Part shown: piece by piece, positions 17,733 through 26,304 of the stretch
Numbering within the stretch: position 1 is the stretch's first letter
Layout of the letters: each line of letters starts with the position of its first letter
Source: an uncultured virus (IMG/VR IMGVR_UViG_3300025288_000019)
Taxonomy: Duplodnaviria > Heunggongvirae > Uroviricota > Caudoviricetes > Schitoviridae
DNA: 64,000 bases
IMG/VR virus record: IMGVR_UViG_3300025288_000019
Direction: 5' to 3' (one strand)
Notes under the pieces: model-generated
What the model was told of the DNA's origin: nothing
Databases searched by the model: none
Seen by the model: only the letters and a program-made list of their open reading frames with translations
Program-made: the position numbers and the translations under genes

Positions 17733-18024
17733 TTTGTTTCTCCGTAGTTACATTAAGCAAACTTGCCATTTTAGCCTCTACGTATTGTTTCCGGGTTACA
17801 ACGTATGACTCTATGTTTAATGCACCTATTTTATCAAATTTTAAGTTACCTTGACCAATGTCATAGAGAGAGCAATCAAGTTTTTCTGCTTTTGCTAATG
17901 CGGCCATAAGTGCAACACCATCAGCATGAGGCAGTAAAATTACCATATTATATCCAAGATTAAGAACACAATAGTTACGTACATCATCAATACGAGGATC
18001 AATATTTTCTTTAGTAGATTTCAT
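17722..18024 (-). CDS. Hypothetical protein
   Basis: ORF overlapping both neighbours. Confidence 0.6.
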   Translation of the reverse strand: MKSTKENIDPRIDDVRNYCVLNLGYNMVILLPHADGVALMAALAKAEKLDCSLYDIGQGNLKFDKIGALNIESYVVTRKQYVEAKMASLLNVTTEKQSDS

Positions 18025-19123
18025 AAGTTATGACCTCACCATAAGGAGCTTTAAAGTTAGAATTATTATGTACTAGCCATACAATAGGTGTCCCCGGGTT
18101 ATCTACCATTAAGAATTCACCGTCAGTAAAAATTAAAGTTACTGTTGGTTTATTTGTGTGTACCCAGTTCATTAGTTCTTTAATATTAGTACCGCCTCTA
18201 CCTGTAAAAGTAAGCAAATTTAGTAAATCAGGATCATTAGTGATCTCTTTAATTTCAACTATTTTAATGTTAAAGCTAATTAAAGTTATTTTTTCCGGGT
18301 GAAGGACAGTTTGAATATTTGCTATTTCTGCGATAAAATGGCTAAACTCAGCATCTGTTACTGAACCGCTTACATCAACAGCTATGGCTAGATCACAAAT
18401 ACTCTCACTATATACAGAGGGTAAATAGTAATCAGGCAGAAATCTACGATTTGGCTTTTGCCATGAGAAGTCATCCTTACTAAAATTAGACATATAATTA
18501 GCTAAAATTACATCCCATTTTAGCTTAGGGTTAATAAATTTATCTAATTGGATTAAAATCTCACCTGGAATAGCTCCAGCTTCTTTAGCGTTTGTTCTAG
18601 CTTGTGTAACACCTCGTAATACAGCGTCTGTAATTTTTGCTTCTATTTCCTTTGTCTCAATATCTGAACCAGGATAAATAATATCTTCGCCAATACCTGG
18701 GATACTCATTGCATCTTGAGTATCTTGCTTAAGAATTTCATATACTTGCTCTGTGCTCATGTCTTCAAACTGTCTATCTACTAACCCATCTTCTGGTAAT
18801 TCATATCCGTTTTGGCATAGAGTTAAGTTAATTACATAGTCACCAGCACAGTTCCATAAGCGAGCATCTCGGGTATTTCTACGAGTCATATGGTTTAAAG
18901 CTACGTGCAATAGTTCATGTGCGAGTAACCCTATTCTTGCTCTTGGTGATAAACTTACAAACCAGTCAGGATTTATAAACAGGGACACACCATCAACTGC
19001 TGCTGTTGCAATTTGTTTATCCCAGACTTGAGATAAAGAAAATAATATCGTAGTGTAAAACAATGTATTAGGCAACATCATCAACCCAATTTTTGCTTTA
19101 TCCAGCGCTTGTGCATGGCTCAT
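18011..19123 (-). CDS. Metallopeptidase-like plus VWA domain protein (DUF2201-like, N4 gp25-like)
   Basis: AHELLHV, WNCAGDYVIN, DVSGS MIDAS, GRGGT, FTDG. Confidence 0.88.
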   Translation of the reverse strand: MSHAQALDKAKIGLMMLPNTLFYTTILFSLSQVWDKQIATAAVDGVSLFINPDWFVSLSPRARIGLLAHELLHVALNHMTRRNTRDARLWNCAGDYVINLTLCQNGYELPEDGLVDRQFEDMSTEQVYEILKQDTQDAMSIPGIGEDIIYPGSDIETKEIEAKITDAVLRGVTQARTNAKEAGAIPGEILIQLDKFINPKLKWDVILANYMSNFSKDDFSWQKPNRRFLPDYYLPSVYSESICDLAIAVDVSGSVTDAEFSHFIAEIANIQTVLHPEKITLISFNIKIVEIKEITNDPDLLNLLTFTGRGGTNIKELMNWVHTNKPTVTLIFTDGEFLMVDNPGTPIVWLVHNNSNFKAPYGEVITYEIY

Positions 19124-19134
19124 GTGGATTTCCT

Positions 19135-19395
19135 CTATTGTTTATTATCAAACTGTTTCCACCAATAATATGAATGGATATGTTTATGCTTTTCTAATTG
19201 TTCTTTTGGCAAGATATGCTTTTTAATGCTAAATCCATTATTCTTAAGATACGCTTTAAGTGTACTGATAAAGTCGCTAGATTGACTTGAATAGTTATCT
19301 ATCCATTGCCAAAATTCAGTAGTGTTCATTGGTTCCATTGGTTTAACATGGCTAAAATTAGTAAATTCAACTCTTTTCTTTAATGCTACCATCAT
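19135..19395 (-). CDS. Hypothetical protein
   Basis: ORF with AAGGAG RBS. Confidence 0.55.
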   Translation of the reverse strand: MMVALKKRVEFTNFSHVKPMEPMNTTEFWQWIDNYSSQSSDFISTLKAYLKNNGFSIKKHILPKEQLEKHKHIHSYYWWKQFDNKQ

Positions 19396-19404
19396 GGCAC
19401 TCCT

Positions 19405-20418
19405 TTAAAATAGTAAATCACCTTTAATATCAATCCATTGTTTAAATGGTTGTTCTTTAATTAACGCTGCATCTCTAAACAGCATATTTTGGCAGGTAAT
19501 TGTTGCAAATTCGATTGGTAGCCGATTGATGAATTTAAACAGTTGATCCAGATTACTCACCTTAGCATGCGCTGATACCATGTAAGATATGGCATAAAGC
19601 AGACATGGCTCAGTGTCTATTTTAGTAGTTTTTGGATTTTGTATAATCTGGTCAATAGTAGGTAATTTTTCATAAGTATTAGTATACGCAATAAATTCTC
19701 TAGCAATACCTTCACTAATAGCACCAGCCAATAGAGGTAACTTGCTACCCAATACGCCTGGGCTGTCTTTAATTAACTTTGACACAAATTGCCATGTTCT
19801 AGGGCATGCAAATGTTTTATCATTATGATTTGCGTCAAATTTTAACAAATTATCTGGTCTGCTATTTAAATATCCAGTAACACGATAATCAATATTATTT
19901 CTAGTTGCCCATTCAAGCCACTGTTCTATGTCAGTTGTTAACTCAAAATGAACCAGCCTGGATTGCATAGCAGTGCTAAGTCTGTTAACAATAGCATTAT
20001 TCCCTGCCATATTTCCTGCACATACAATAGCTGTATTAGGGTGTAGCTTATGTTGCCCTACCATTCTATCTAAAATAATTTTGTAACTTGCTGCTTGAGT
20101 TGCCAGACTAGCTGAATTAAACTCATCAAGAAATAGCAGAAACCCACACTTATCTTTAGGAATTACTGTATCTTCTAATGGAAATACATTCATAGGCACA
20201 TATGTAGCAGTACCATTTTTAATACTGGGGAAGCCATTAAGATCTACTGGATCACACTGGCTTAATCGTACATCAATCATGTGCAATCCAAACGCATCTG
20301 CAATTTGCCGTACAATGTCTGATTTACCAATACCAGGAGAACCATGCAGCATACACACTAACTTTGCTTTAATACAATCAACGATAAAACTAGCTGCTTC
20401 TTTTGGTTTAATTTGCAT
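19405..20418 (-). CDS. MoxR-like AAA+ ATPase (N4 gp24-like)
   Basis: GSPGIGKS, LFLDEFN, CAGN, FACPRTW. Confidence 0.9.
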   Translation of the reverse strand: MQIKPKEAASFIVDCIKAKLVCMLHGSPGIGKSDIVRQIADAFGLHMIDVRLSQCDPVDLNGFPSIKNGTATYVPMNVFPLEDTVIPKDKCGFLLFLDEFNSASLATQAASYKIILDRMVGQHKLHPNTAIVCAGNMAGNNAIVNRLSTAMQSRLVHFELTTDIEQWLEWATRNNIDYRVTGYLNSRPDNLLKFDANHNDKTFACPRTWQFVSKLIKDSPGVLGSKLPLLAGAISEGIAREFIAYTNTYEKLPTIDQIIQNPKTTKIDTEPCLLYAISYMVSAHAKVSNLDQLFKFINRLPIEFATITCQNMLFRDAALIKEQPFKQWIDIKGDLLF

Positions 20419-20672
20419 AACTGGTGTCCTTTATTATTAAAGTTAATGGCTTAAACTTTATCTGTTAAAGTAAATAAAGTTCTCTTTAATGTCTCAAAGT
20501 TTACATATATGAGTCTTTTTTAATTAAAATCCTCTTTTTGACTATATACTAAATTAGCCAAAATTAGCCCTTAGAGTATCGGTGTTATATAGTAAAAAAT
20601 GGCTATTTTTGATTTTTTAGTATATCGGTTTCAACTTTTTGTATTTTTATCTTTATGTTTACATTGTGGTAC

Positions 20673-20720
20673 AAAAAAACAAAAACCACCCCAACAACCG
20701 AAGGTTGCTAAAGTGGCTTT
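20673..20720 (-). terminator. Intrinsic terminator after RNAP2
   Basis: Minus-strand hairpin with cUUCGg loop followed by a long U tract. Confidence 0.8.
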
Positions 20721-20737
20721 GTCTTGTTTTTTACTAA

Positions 20738-21937
20738 TTAGCTTAGTGGATATTCAGAACTTCTAATTAGTTCTCCCAGATCATCTGAGTATTTTACAAA
20801 CTTAGTATATGTTTGATAGATAGATGTTAGAATACTTGTTAAAAGTTCTGATTCTGCCAACTCAGCCATAATTTCAATATATGTTTTCCGCACATAATTC
20901 ATGTAATTTGGATGGCATTTAAACTCATCATGAATAGTTAGCACTTCGAATGAAGGTCTATTTAGTGTATCTTCGATAAGTGTCTTCAAGTCTTCTAAAT
21001 AAATATTAGAAAAGCTATTTAAAGTATCCTCATCAATATACTCGATACCTATAAGAGACATTATTTGAGTATTCTCATACAACTGGCTTAATCTGTGTGC
21101 GCTATATTCAGCAGATTTCCTCGACTGTAACAGCTCCAACACACGTTCAAGATTACTCCTATTGTAGTTACACCTTCTACAAAGCTCTCTAACGATAAAT
21201 CCATCTACTGAGTGTGTTATATTGGCAGCTAGGCTAATGCCTCTCTTAGAGCCTATATTTGCGTTAAATCGATATGCAAATGCTGCTTTGCCCAACTCTG
21301 CTACTTCAATCTTACTTTCACACATCTGCATTACAGGAATATAGGCAGTATGCCCATCTGGCAGTATCCATTTATGAAATAAAGCATCTGCTCGCCACGC
21401 ATCTGTAAATATAGAGATTAAACTACACGCTCCGGGAGCAACAACCTCCCTTGCTGCGTAAAACGCTGCCAACTCTTCTGTGTGCTCTCCAAATATTTCA
21501 ATGGGTTTAGCCCTACTTCCATAGAAACAAGGCATTAGAGTTGATTTTACGGTGTCTCTGGGTATGCTTACATCTGCAGTGAGATAACTGTTCATTACAT
21601 CTGTGCATTTTGAGTATAAATCTACTCGTCTATCCCCAATCAATCCAGTGCTCTCAGCAGTAATCTTACAGCCACTTAGAACAGCAAGGATTTGTGGGCC
21701 ACTAGAACATGCATCCATACCTACTAAATATCCGATTGGTATATCTTTTTGGGCATCTCTATAAGCAGCTACTGCTGCTACATATCTGTATGGGTCTGCT
21801 GCTTGTTCAGCATATAATTCAAGAATAGGGCTATTCTCATTAACCCATTCTATTCTATCTTCAAATTGCTCTTTATCTTTTCCAAAATGATTAGCAATGT
21901 CTATCTTAATATAGTCTAATGGGCTGTATTCTCTCAT
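20738..21937 (-). CDS. RNA polymerase II subunit 2 (N4 gp16-like, T7-type catalytic half)
   Basis: GMDACSSG motif A, RDTVKSTLMPCFYG motif B, ANITHSVDG, TIHDEF motif C. Confidence 0.92.
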   Translation of the reverse strand: MREYSPLDYIKIDIANHFGKDKEQFEDRIEWVNENSPILELYAEQAADPYRYVAAVAAYRDAQKDIPIGYLVGMDACSSGPQILAVLSGCKITAESTGLIGDRRVDLYSKCTDVMNSYLTADVSIPRDTVKSTLMPCFYGSRAKPIEIFGEHTEELAAFYAAREVVAPGACSLISIFTDAWRADALFHKWILPDGHTAYIPVMQMCESKIEVAELGKAAFAYRFNANIGSKRGISLAANITHSVDGFIVRELCRRCNYNRSNLERVLELLQSRKSAEYSAHRLSQLYENTQIMSLIGIEYIDEDTLNSFSNIYLEDLKTLIEDTLNRPSFEVLTIHDEFKCHPNYMNYVRKTYIEIMAELAESELLTSILTSIYQTYTKFVKYSDDLGELIRSSEYPLS

Positions 21938-21952
21938 AAATTACTCCTTATA

Positions 21953-22762
21953 TTAACACTTATTAAGTTTCTCCTTATTAGCCAGTTGAATGATAGCTTT
22001 CTTAAAACTGGCTCCTTGATAGTTAATGTAATACCCACCGCAATAAGTTCTGCCTCTTGCGTCATACTTATGGTTTAGATAGAATTTATTGCCATTCCTA
22101 ATAACTTTGTCATACATTTGATAGCTATCTGTGTAGAATTTATGCCATTGCTGCTCTTTATCTGGTGTGTCCATTATAAAGGTTGGGCATTCTTTATGCC
22201 TTCTAAGAAATTCACTATCTAATGACAGCATAATATTATTCATCCTGTTTAAGTGGTCTAAACAGATAGTAGAAGTGTGATAATTTTCACTAGCACCTAA
22301 GAAACACCCTGTATTACTCTTTACTGTAATTGGTGTGTCTTCAGGACTATGTAAATCTACAACTGGTATAGAAGTAGTTATACTGTACTCTGTATAAACC
22401 AGAATACTCTTACCATACCCTCTGCGTTCTATTTTAATTAAACCAGAATAACTTATTACAGCTATTACTTCTGCTGCAATTCTAGCTGCGTCTAATTTAT
22501 TTACATTAGGTATCCTGCTAGCTACCATCCCAGTAATAGCTTGATATGACAGAGTTGCATTTAATAAGGTGATAGTAAATACTATTGTGACTAAATCACA
22601 TAGCTCGTCATAATCAGGATTCCATTGAGCTATACGGTTGTTCTTACTTTCCCAATATGAACCGTTTACATATTCTTGTAAATCATGCCTGGCTATGTCT
22701 ATCTCGGCTAACCAGTTATGTTGAATATAATTGGTTAGCCATAACTCCTCAGGGGTTAACAT
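21953..22762 (-). CDS. RNA polymerase II subunit 1 (N4 gp15-like)
   Basis: CLDHLN and KYDARGRTY..GY.INYQG (DxxGR motif). Confidence 0.9.
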   Translation of the reverse strand: MLTPEELWLTNYIQHNWLAEIDIARHDLQEYVNGSYWESKNNRIAQWNPDYDELCDLVTIVFTITLLNATLSYQAITGMVASRIPNVNKLDAARIAAEVIAVISYSGLIKIERRGYGKSILVYTEYSITTSIPVVDLHSPEDTPITVKSNTGCFLGASENYHTSTICLDHLNRMNNIMLSLDSEFLRRHKECPTFIMDTPDKEQQWHKFYTDSYQMYDKVIRNGNKFYLNHKYDARGRTYCGGYYINYQGASFKKAIIQLANKEKLNKC

Positions 22763-22940
22763 AGTGTATCTCCTTATTGGTGAATAGTTTAATAAAGTAT
22801 TTAACTAAACTGTTACGTTGCTTAATAGTGTTGTTCCAATAACACTTACTAAGCATCAGTATGGTAATAGCATGTTTCTTAGTCATGACTATCCTCCCAC
22901 TAAAGTAATGAGCCTACAATGTATGCAGGCTCTTGTATGA

Positions 22941-23036
22941 TTACATATGTTCTATGATTCCTACTATTGTATAAGCTGTTATTATTACAACAGTTACTAG
23001 TAGCAGCTTAAACTGTTCTTTAGTGCATATTTTCAT
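22941..23036 (-). CDS. Small early single-TM peptide (31 aa)
   Basis: Hand-translated MKICTKEQFKLLLVTVVIITAYTIVGIIEHM; GAGGGG upstream. Confidence 0.4.
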   Translation of the reverse strand: MKICTKEQFKLLLVTVVIITAYTIVGIIEHM

Positions 23037-23040
23037 ATGG

Positions 23041-23130
23041 TTACCCCTCATAAGATATAATCCAACCATTTAATTCTTGGTCTAATTGTTTAATAATGTC
23101 AGCTATTACTACATCATCATTTTCTTGCAT
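23041..23130 (-). CDS. Small acidic early peptide (29 aa)
   Basis: Hand-translated MQENDDVVIADIIKQLDQELNGWIISYEG; AAGGAG RBS. Confidence 0.45.
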   Translation of the reverse strand: MQENDDVVIADIIKQLDQELNGWIISYEG

Positions 23131-23155
23131 GGCTATCTCCTTTGGTAATGAAAAG

Positions 23156-23185
23156 ATAGGTTACCCCAATTAAGAGGTAACCTAT
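23156..23185 (-). terminator. Terminator after the gp2-like gene
   Basis: ataggttacc/ggtaacctat stem, cUUAAUUg loop, then CUUUUC. Confidence 0.7.
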
Positions 23186-23188
23186 TTG

Positions 23189-23488
23189 TTAATAAGCGAA
23201 ATCAGCCAAATCAAGCTCATCTGTATTGACTCTCGCTGCTGCTAACGTTACTCTCACTTCCATCATAAGAGTAACAGAGCCACCATTCTGTGTAGCAAAC
23301 TTCACTAACTTGTCCTCTGCAGCATTAGGATATTTGGCATCTGGATTGAAAATGACAAATCCTCTTTCTGATTTAAGAGGTGACTTCTCCCCTGCCCTGT
23401 TAAGAGCAACCCAATTTACATATGCCCTAACTTTGGACTCTTTGACAGGTGTATTCTCATTCTTTGTAAAACCAGGTCTTGTTGCCAT
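23189..23488 (-). CDS. ssDNA-binding RNAP II coactivator, N4 gp2/Drc-like
   Basis: Second early gene upstream of RNAP1; flexible N-tail, RAYVNW strand and acidic C-tail resemble gp2/Drc; AGGAGG RBS. Confidence 0.6.
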   Translation of the reverse strand: MATRPGFTKNENTPVKESKVRAYVNWVALNRAGEKSPLKSERGFVIFNPDAKYPNAAEDKLVKFATQNGGSVTLMMEVRVTLAAARVNTDELDLADFAY

Positions 23489-23534
23489 AGAACTACCTCC
23501 TAGGATATGGTTATAGTGCTACCCAATGCAGCAC

Positions 23535-23556
23535 TTCACTGTTACGCGATAGCGTA
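23535..23556 (-). promoter_or_regulatory. Candidate vRNAP hairpin promoter 2 (template = plus strand)
   Basis: TTCACTGT-TACGC-GATA-GCGTA, about 50 nt upstream of the gp2-like gene. Confidence 0.65.
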
Positions 23557-23677
23557 CGAACCATGAATAATTAAAAAGTGGAAAGAAGTGGACGGAAGAA
23601 GAACTACCTTTCGAAGACAGACTATCTAACAAGTTGTGTCGTAGCAGATATGTGTTGTGGTAGTTGGTGAAAATTAG

Positions 23678-23707
23678 ATGACCTGTATCAATTAAGATAC
23701 AGGTCAT
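23678..23707 (-). terminator. Terminator after the gp1-like gene
   Basis: 12-bp perfect stem atgacctgtatc/gatacaggtcat with the same cUUAAUUg loop. Confidence 0.7.
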
Positions 23708-23720
23708 ATATCGGTTTTGA

Positions 23721-23954
23721 CTACTGATTGAGCATCGCAGAGAATTCTTTTTCTAATTCTAACTGTTGGATTTTATTGATAAAATTGGCACGTACCAAAC
23801 CAGTCTCACTGATTTGTTTTCCAATACTTGCCACGTCATGACCGACACCGGCAATGACATTTGTGGTATTAGCTGTGGTGATTACAGCCTGTAGGCAAGC
23901 GTTACAAGCCTGTCTGATTTGAGCCAGAACTGATTGAGATTGAGTCGTGTCCAT
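23721..23954 (-). CDS. First early gene, N4 gp1-like
   Basis: Start re-called at MDTTQSQ with AGGAG RBS; position and helical Thr/Ala-rich composition. Confidence 0.55.
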   Translation of the reverse strand: MDTTQSQSVLAQIRQACNACLQAVITTANTTNVIAGVGHDVASIGKQISETGLVRANFINKIQQLELEKEFSAMLNQ

Positions 23955-23997
23955 GTGCGTGTCTCCTAGGTAGACATTATAAATAGCAGGATTGCCA

Positions 23998-24019
23998 TTC
24001 ACCGTTAAGCGATAGCTTG
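23998..24019 (-). promoter_or_regulatory. Candidate vRNAP hairpin promoter 1 (template = plus strand)
   Basis: TTCACCGTT-AAGC-GATA-GCTT, about 45 nt upstream of the gp1-like gene. Confidence 0.65.
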
Positions 24020-24114
24020 TGTTGTTGTAGTTTCTTGCTTGTAAAAACGTGAGGCTGTTTTTGTAAGAGGTAGGGGGGATACTCAAGATTTGTAATGGCG
24101 ACTATATAGTACTG

Positions 24115-24159
24115 AATTTACACGTAAAATAAAAATAAAATTTACACGTAAAATAAAAA
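24115..24159. repeat. 21-bp direct repeat x2 (aatttacacgtaaaataaaaa) in an A-tract region
   Basis: Copies at 24115-24135 and 24139-24159, with a degenerate third copy at 24161. Confidence 0.8.
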
Positions 24160-24327
24160 AAATTTAGCGTATAAAAATAAAAAATAAAAATAAGTACCTT
24201 CCTCCAATCCTCTATCTGAAATTACTCTCCTTTGTTCCTTATATAGATATCTAGCAATTTTAGTATAATAATATTAAATACTTAGCTCATTATAAATCCC
24301 CTTTTTTTGGGGATTATAAAAAAGATA

Positions 24328-24356
24328 TTGCCCATTTTTTGGGGAGTTTGTATACT
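24328..24356 (+). promoter_or_regulatory. Sigma70-like promoter TTGCCC-17-TATACT
   Basis: Canonical spacing, 25 nt upstream of the ATG at 24381. Confidence 0.5.
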
Positions 24357-24380
24357 GGATTTAACAAGGAGATATAACAG

Positions 24381-24800
24381 ATGAACGATGAGGGGTTAAA
24401 ACTTTTAGCAGAGGTGAGGAACGGTGATAGAGTTACCATAACTAAAACTAAAAATCAATATAAAACTCCATCGTTTCAAAAAATAGGAGGAGAAATGTCA
24501 TATTCAACAAAAATAAAAGGATTTTGTAATTTATACAGCCTATTACAAGATTTATCTAAGCAATCAACATGGTTCTGGTGGGGATTGCTTAAAGTAAGAG
24601 ACTTAGACACTAATATTTGTGTATTCGAAGCTAAAGACCACCTTGAAGCAAAAAAGATAACTATTGCATATAAAGAGTTAAATTTACTTGGTTTAATTAA
24701 AAGAGTTTCAAAGCAGCATTACATGATTAACCCTAAAGCATTCATTCCTAATGCAGAAGTTTACGATAAGGTACAAGCTAAGTGGAATTCACTGTCATAA
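24381..24800 (+). CDS. RepL-like winged-helix DNA-binding protein
   Basis: AYKELNLLGLIKRV...HYMINP C-terminal wHTH signature; AAGGAG RBS; alternative start at 24495. Confidence 0.6.
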   Translation: MNDEGLKLLAEVRNGDRVTITKTKNQYKTPSFQKIGGEMSYSTKIKGFCNLYSLLQDLSKQSTWFWWGLLKVRDLDTNICVFEAKDHLEAKKITIAYKELNLLGLIKRVSKQHYMINPKAFIPNAEVYDKVQAKWNSLS

Positions 24801-24812
24801 AGGAGTAACACT

Positions 24813-24995
24813 GTGGAATGTGAAGAAAAAAGATACTTTAAAACTAAACAACAAGCAAAAGTATTTAAAATATTTATCAGTAGTAAATTAAATAAAAAAT
24901 ATAGAATTTATAAGTGCCCGAAGTGTAACTATTGGCATCTAACCTCACAACTACGTAGAAACCACTTAAAGGAGGAATTACAATGTATTACTTAA
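24813..24995 (+). CDS. Small Zn-ribbon phage protein
   Basis: KRYF...A...YKCPKCNYWHLTS motif; AAGGAG RBS. Confidence 0.65.
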   Translation: MECEEKRYFKTKQQAKVFKIFISSKLNKKYRIYKCPKCNYWHLTSQLRRNHLKEELQCIT

Positions 24996-25176
24996 TCATT
25001 TACTCACAAGATAAAATTATTGCTAACACAGTCACAGATATGACTCCGGGTGATTGGTTTATTTCTATGGTTCAAAGATTTCCAGGGCATAATTTCTAAA
25101 AAAACTTAGAGTATAGGTTTTGATATTTAATCAAATGATTAAATTATACCACACTGTGGTACTTAATAGAGATAAA

Positions 25177-25260
25177 AGAATATAATTTCAACTTCCACGA
25201 GAGCAAGCACGAAGCGAAGCGTAGTGCGCCAGTTCTTGGTGGAAGTTGAAATTATATTCT
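25177..25260. repeat. 22-bp perfect inverted repeat enclosing a GCGAAGC mini-hairpin
   Basis: agaatataatttcaacttccac (25177-25198) / gtggaagttgaaattatattct (25239-25260). Confidence 0.9.
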
Positions 25261-25276
25261 ACTTAGTATGAATAAG

Positions 25277-25285
25277 TGTTATAAT
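25277..25285 (+). promoter_or_regulatory. Extended -10 sigma70 element (TGtTATAAT), candidate late promoter
   Basis: Consensus TGn-TATAAT upstream of the packaging/structural operon. Confidence 0.45.
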
Positions 25286-25364
25286 ATGCTTACTTACACA
25301 CTAATAAGCAAAGCTATAGTGGCTTATGCTATTAAGTGTAACTTTTACATTAGATGGAGGTATT

Positions 25365-25622
25365 ATGTGTAATAAACTTAAAACTGTTGAGTTATCAACA
25401 CCAACTATAGACAAACTATTTATAGAATTAAGTAATATTACAAAAGCTAAGACTAAAAGGGAGCAAGAATTAGAATTTAAATATAATGAACTGTTAATGA
25501 CAGTTTCACAAAAGTTTAACGGAGAAAGTCGTCATCAAACTGCACTAAGGTATTTAAAACTAGCTGAACAGTGTAGTCAACAAGTAGTACAGCAAAACAA
25601 AGAGGTATCTACACATGGATGA
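25365..25622 (+). CDS. Hypothetical protein
   Basis: Start re-called at MCNKLK (GGAGG RBS); GESRHQTALRY motif. Confidence 0.6.
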   Translation: MCNKLKTVELSTPTIDKLFIELSNITKAKTKREQELEFKYNELLMTVSQKFNGESRHQTALRYLKLAEQCSQQVVQQNKEVSTHG

Positions 25623-26304
25623 ACCACTGACGATGGAGGTATTCCAACAAGCTCTTCCTGCAGTTATGCGTAAGAATGTTAACCAGAATCTGCTGGATCA
25701 AATTAACAATACCTTAGGGCATCCTGAAATACTTGCTGCGTTTAAAGATAATCTGTTGGATTATGCTACTGTGCTCAACACAGGAAAGTATAAAATGTCC
25801 AACTATATCAGTGCAGTTAAATATGTAAGTTTTAAACTAATGGGGTCAACTAATATTGAAGCCTACACAAAAACATTCCCTGATAAGTATGCTCAGTTCT
25901 TGGCTGATGGTGTTAATAGTAAAGATATTGCAAGTTACTGCACTGCATACCACAAAAGTAAATTAGTAATGGCAATTATGGAGCAAACCATAATTCCATC
26001 ACACATATTAAATGCACCGATGTACCAACAAGCATTGAATGTTTTAAGCGATTTAATGCTTAACGCTAACAGTGAGAAAGTAAGATGTGAATCTGCTAAC
26101 AATATCTTAGCCGCGTTGAAGCGACCAGAAACTCAAAAAATAGAATTAGACATTGGAATAAATAGAGGTGAGATCATTGAAGACTATGAAAAAGCTATGC
26201 GCTTAATGGTAGAAAAGCAGCAAGAGCTGATTAGTGCTGGAGGTGACTTAAAAATGATTACTAATGCCACTATAAAATCAACTGAAGAACAGGCTATCCA
26301 GTGA
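25615..26304 (+). CDS. N4 gp69-like protein (candidate terminase small subunit)
   Basis: YISAVKYVSFKLMG, SEKVRCESAN; immediately upstream of terL. Confidence 0.8.
   Translation: MDEPLTMEVFQQALPAVMRKNVNQNLLDQINNTLGHPEILAAFKDNLLDYATVLNTGKYKMSNYISAVKYVSFKLMGSTNIEAYTKTFPDKYAQFLADGVNSKDIASYCTAYHKSKLVMAIMEQTIIPSHILNAPMYQQALNVLSDLMLNANSEKVRCESANNILAALKRPETQKIELDIGINRGEIIEDYEKAMRLMVEKQQELISAGGDLKMITNATIKSTEEQAIQ

Noticed and set aside
20540..20640. aaattagcc tandem and tatatcggttt (also near 23707) as RNAP II promoter motifs
   Set aside because: Too short and AT-rich to distinguish from chance by eye
23955..24086. Upstream extension of the gp1-like ORF
   Set aside because: Spans the candidate promoter hairpin; the RBS supports the ATG at 23954
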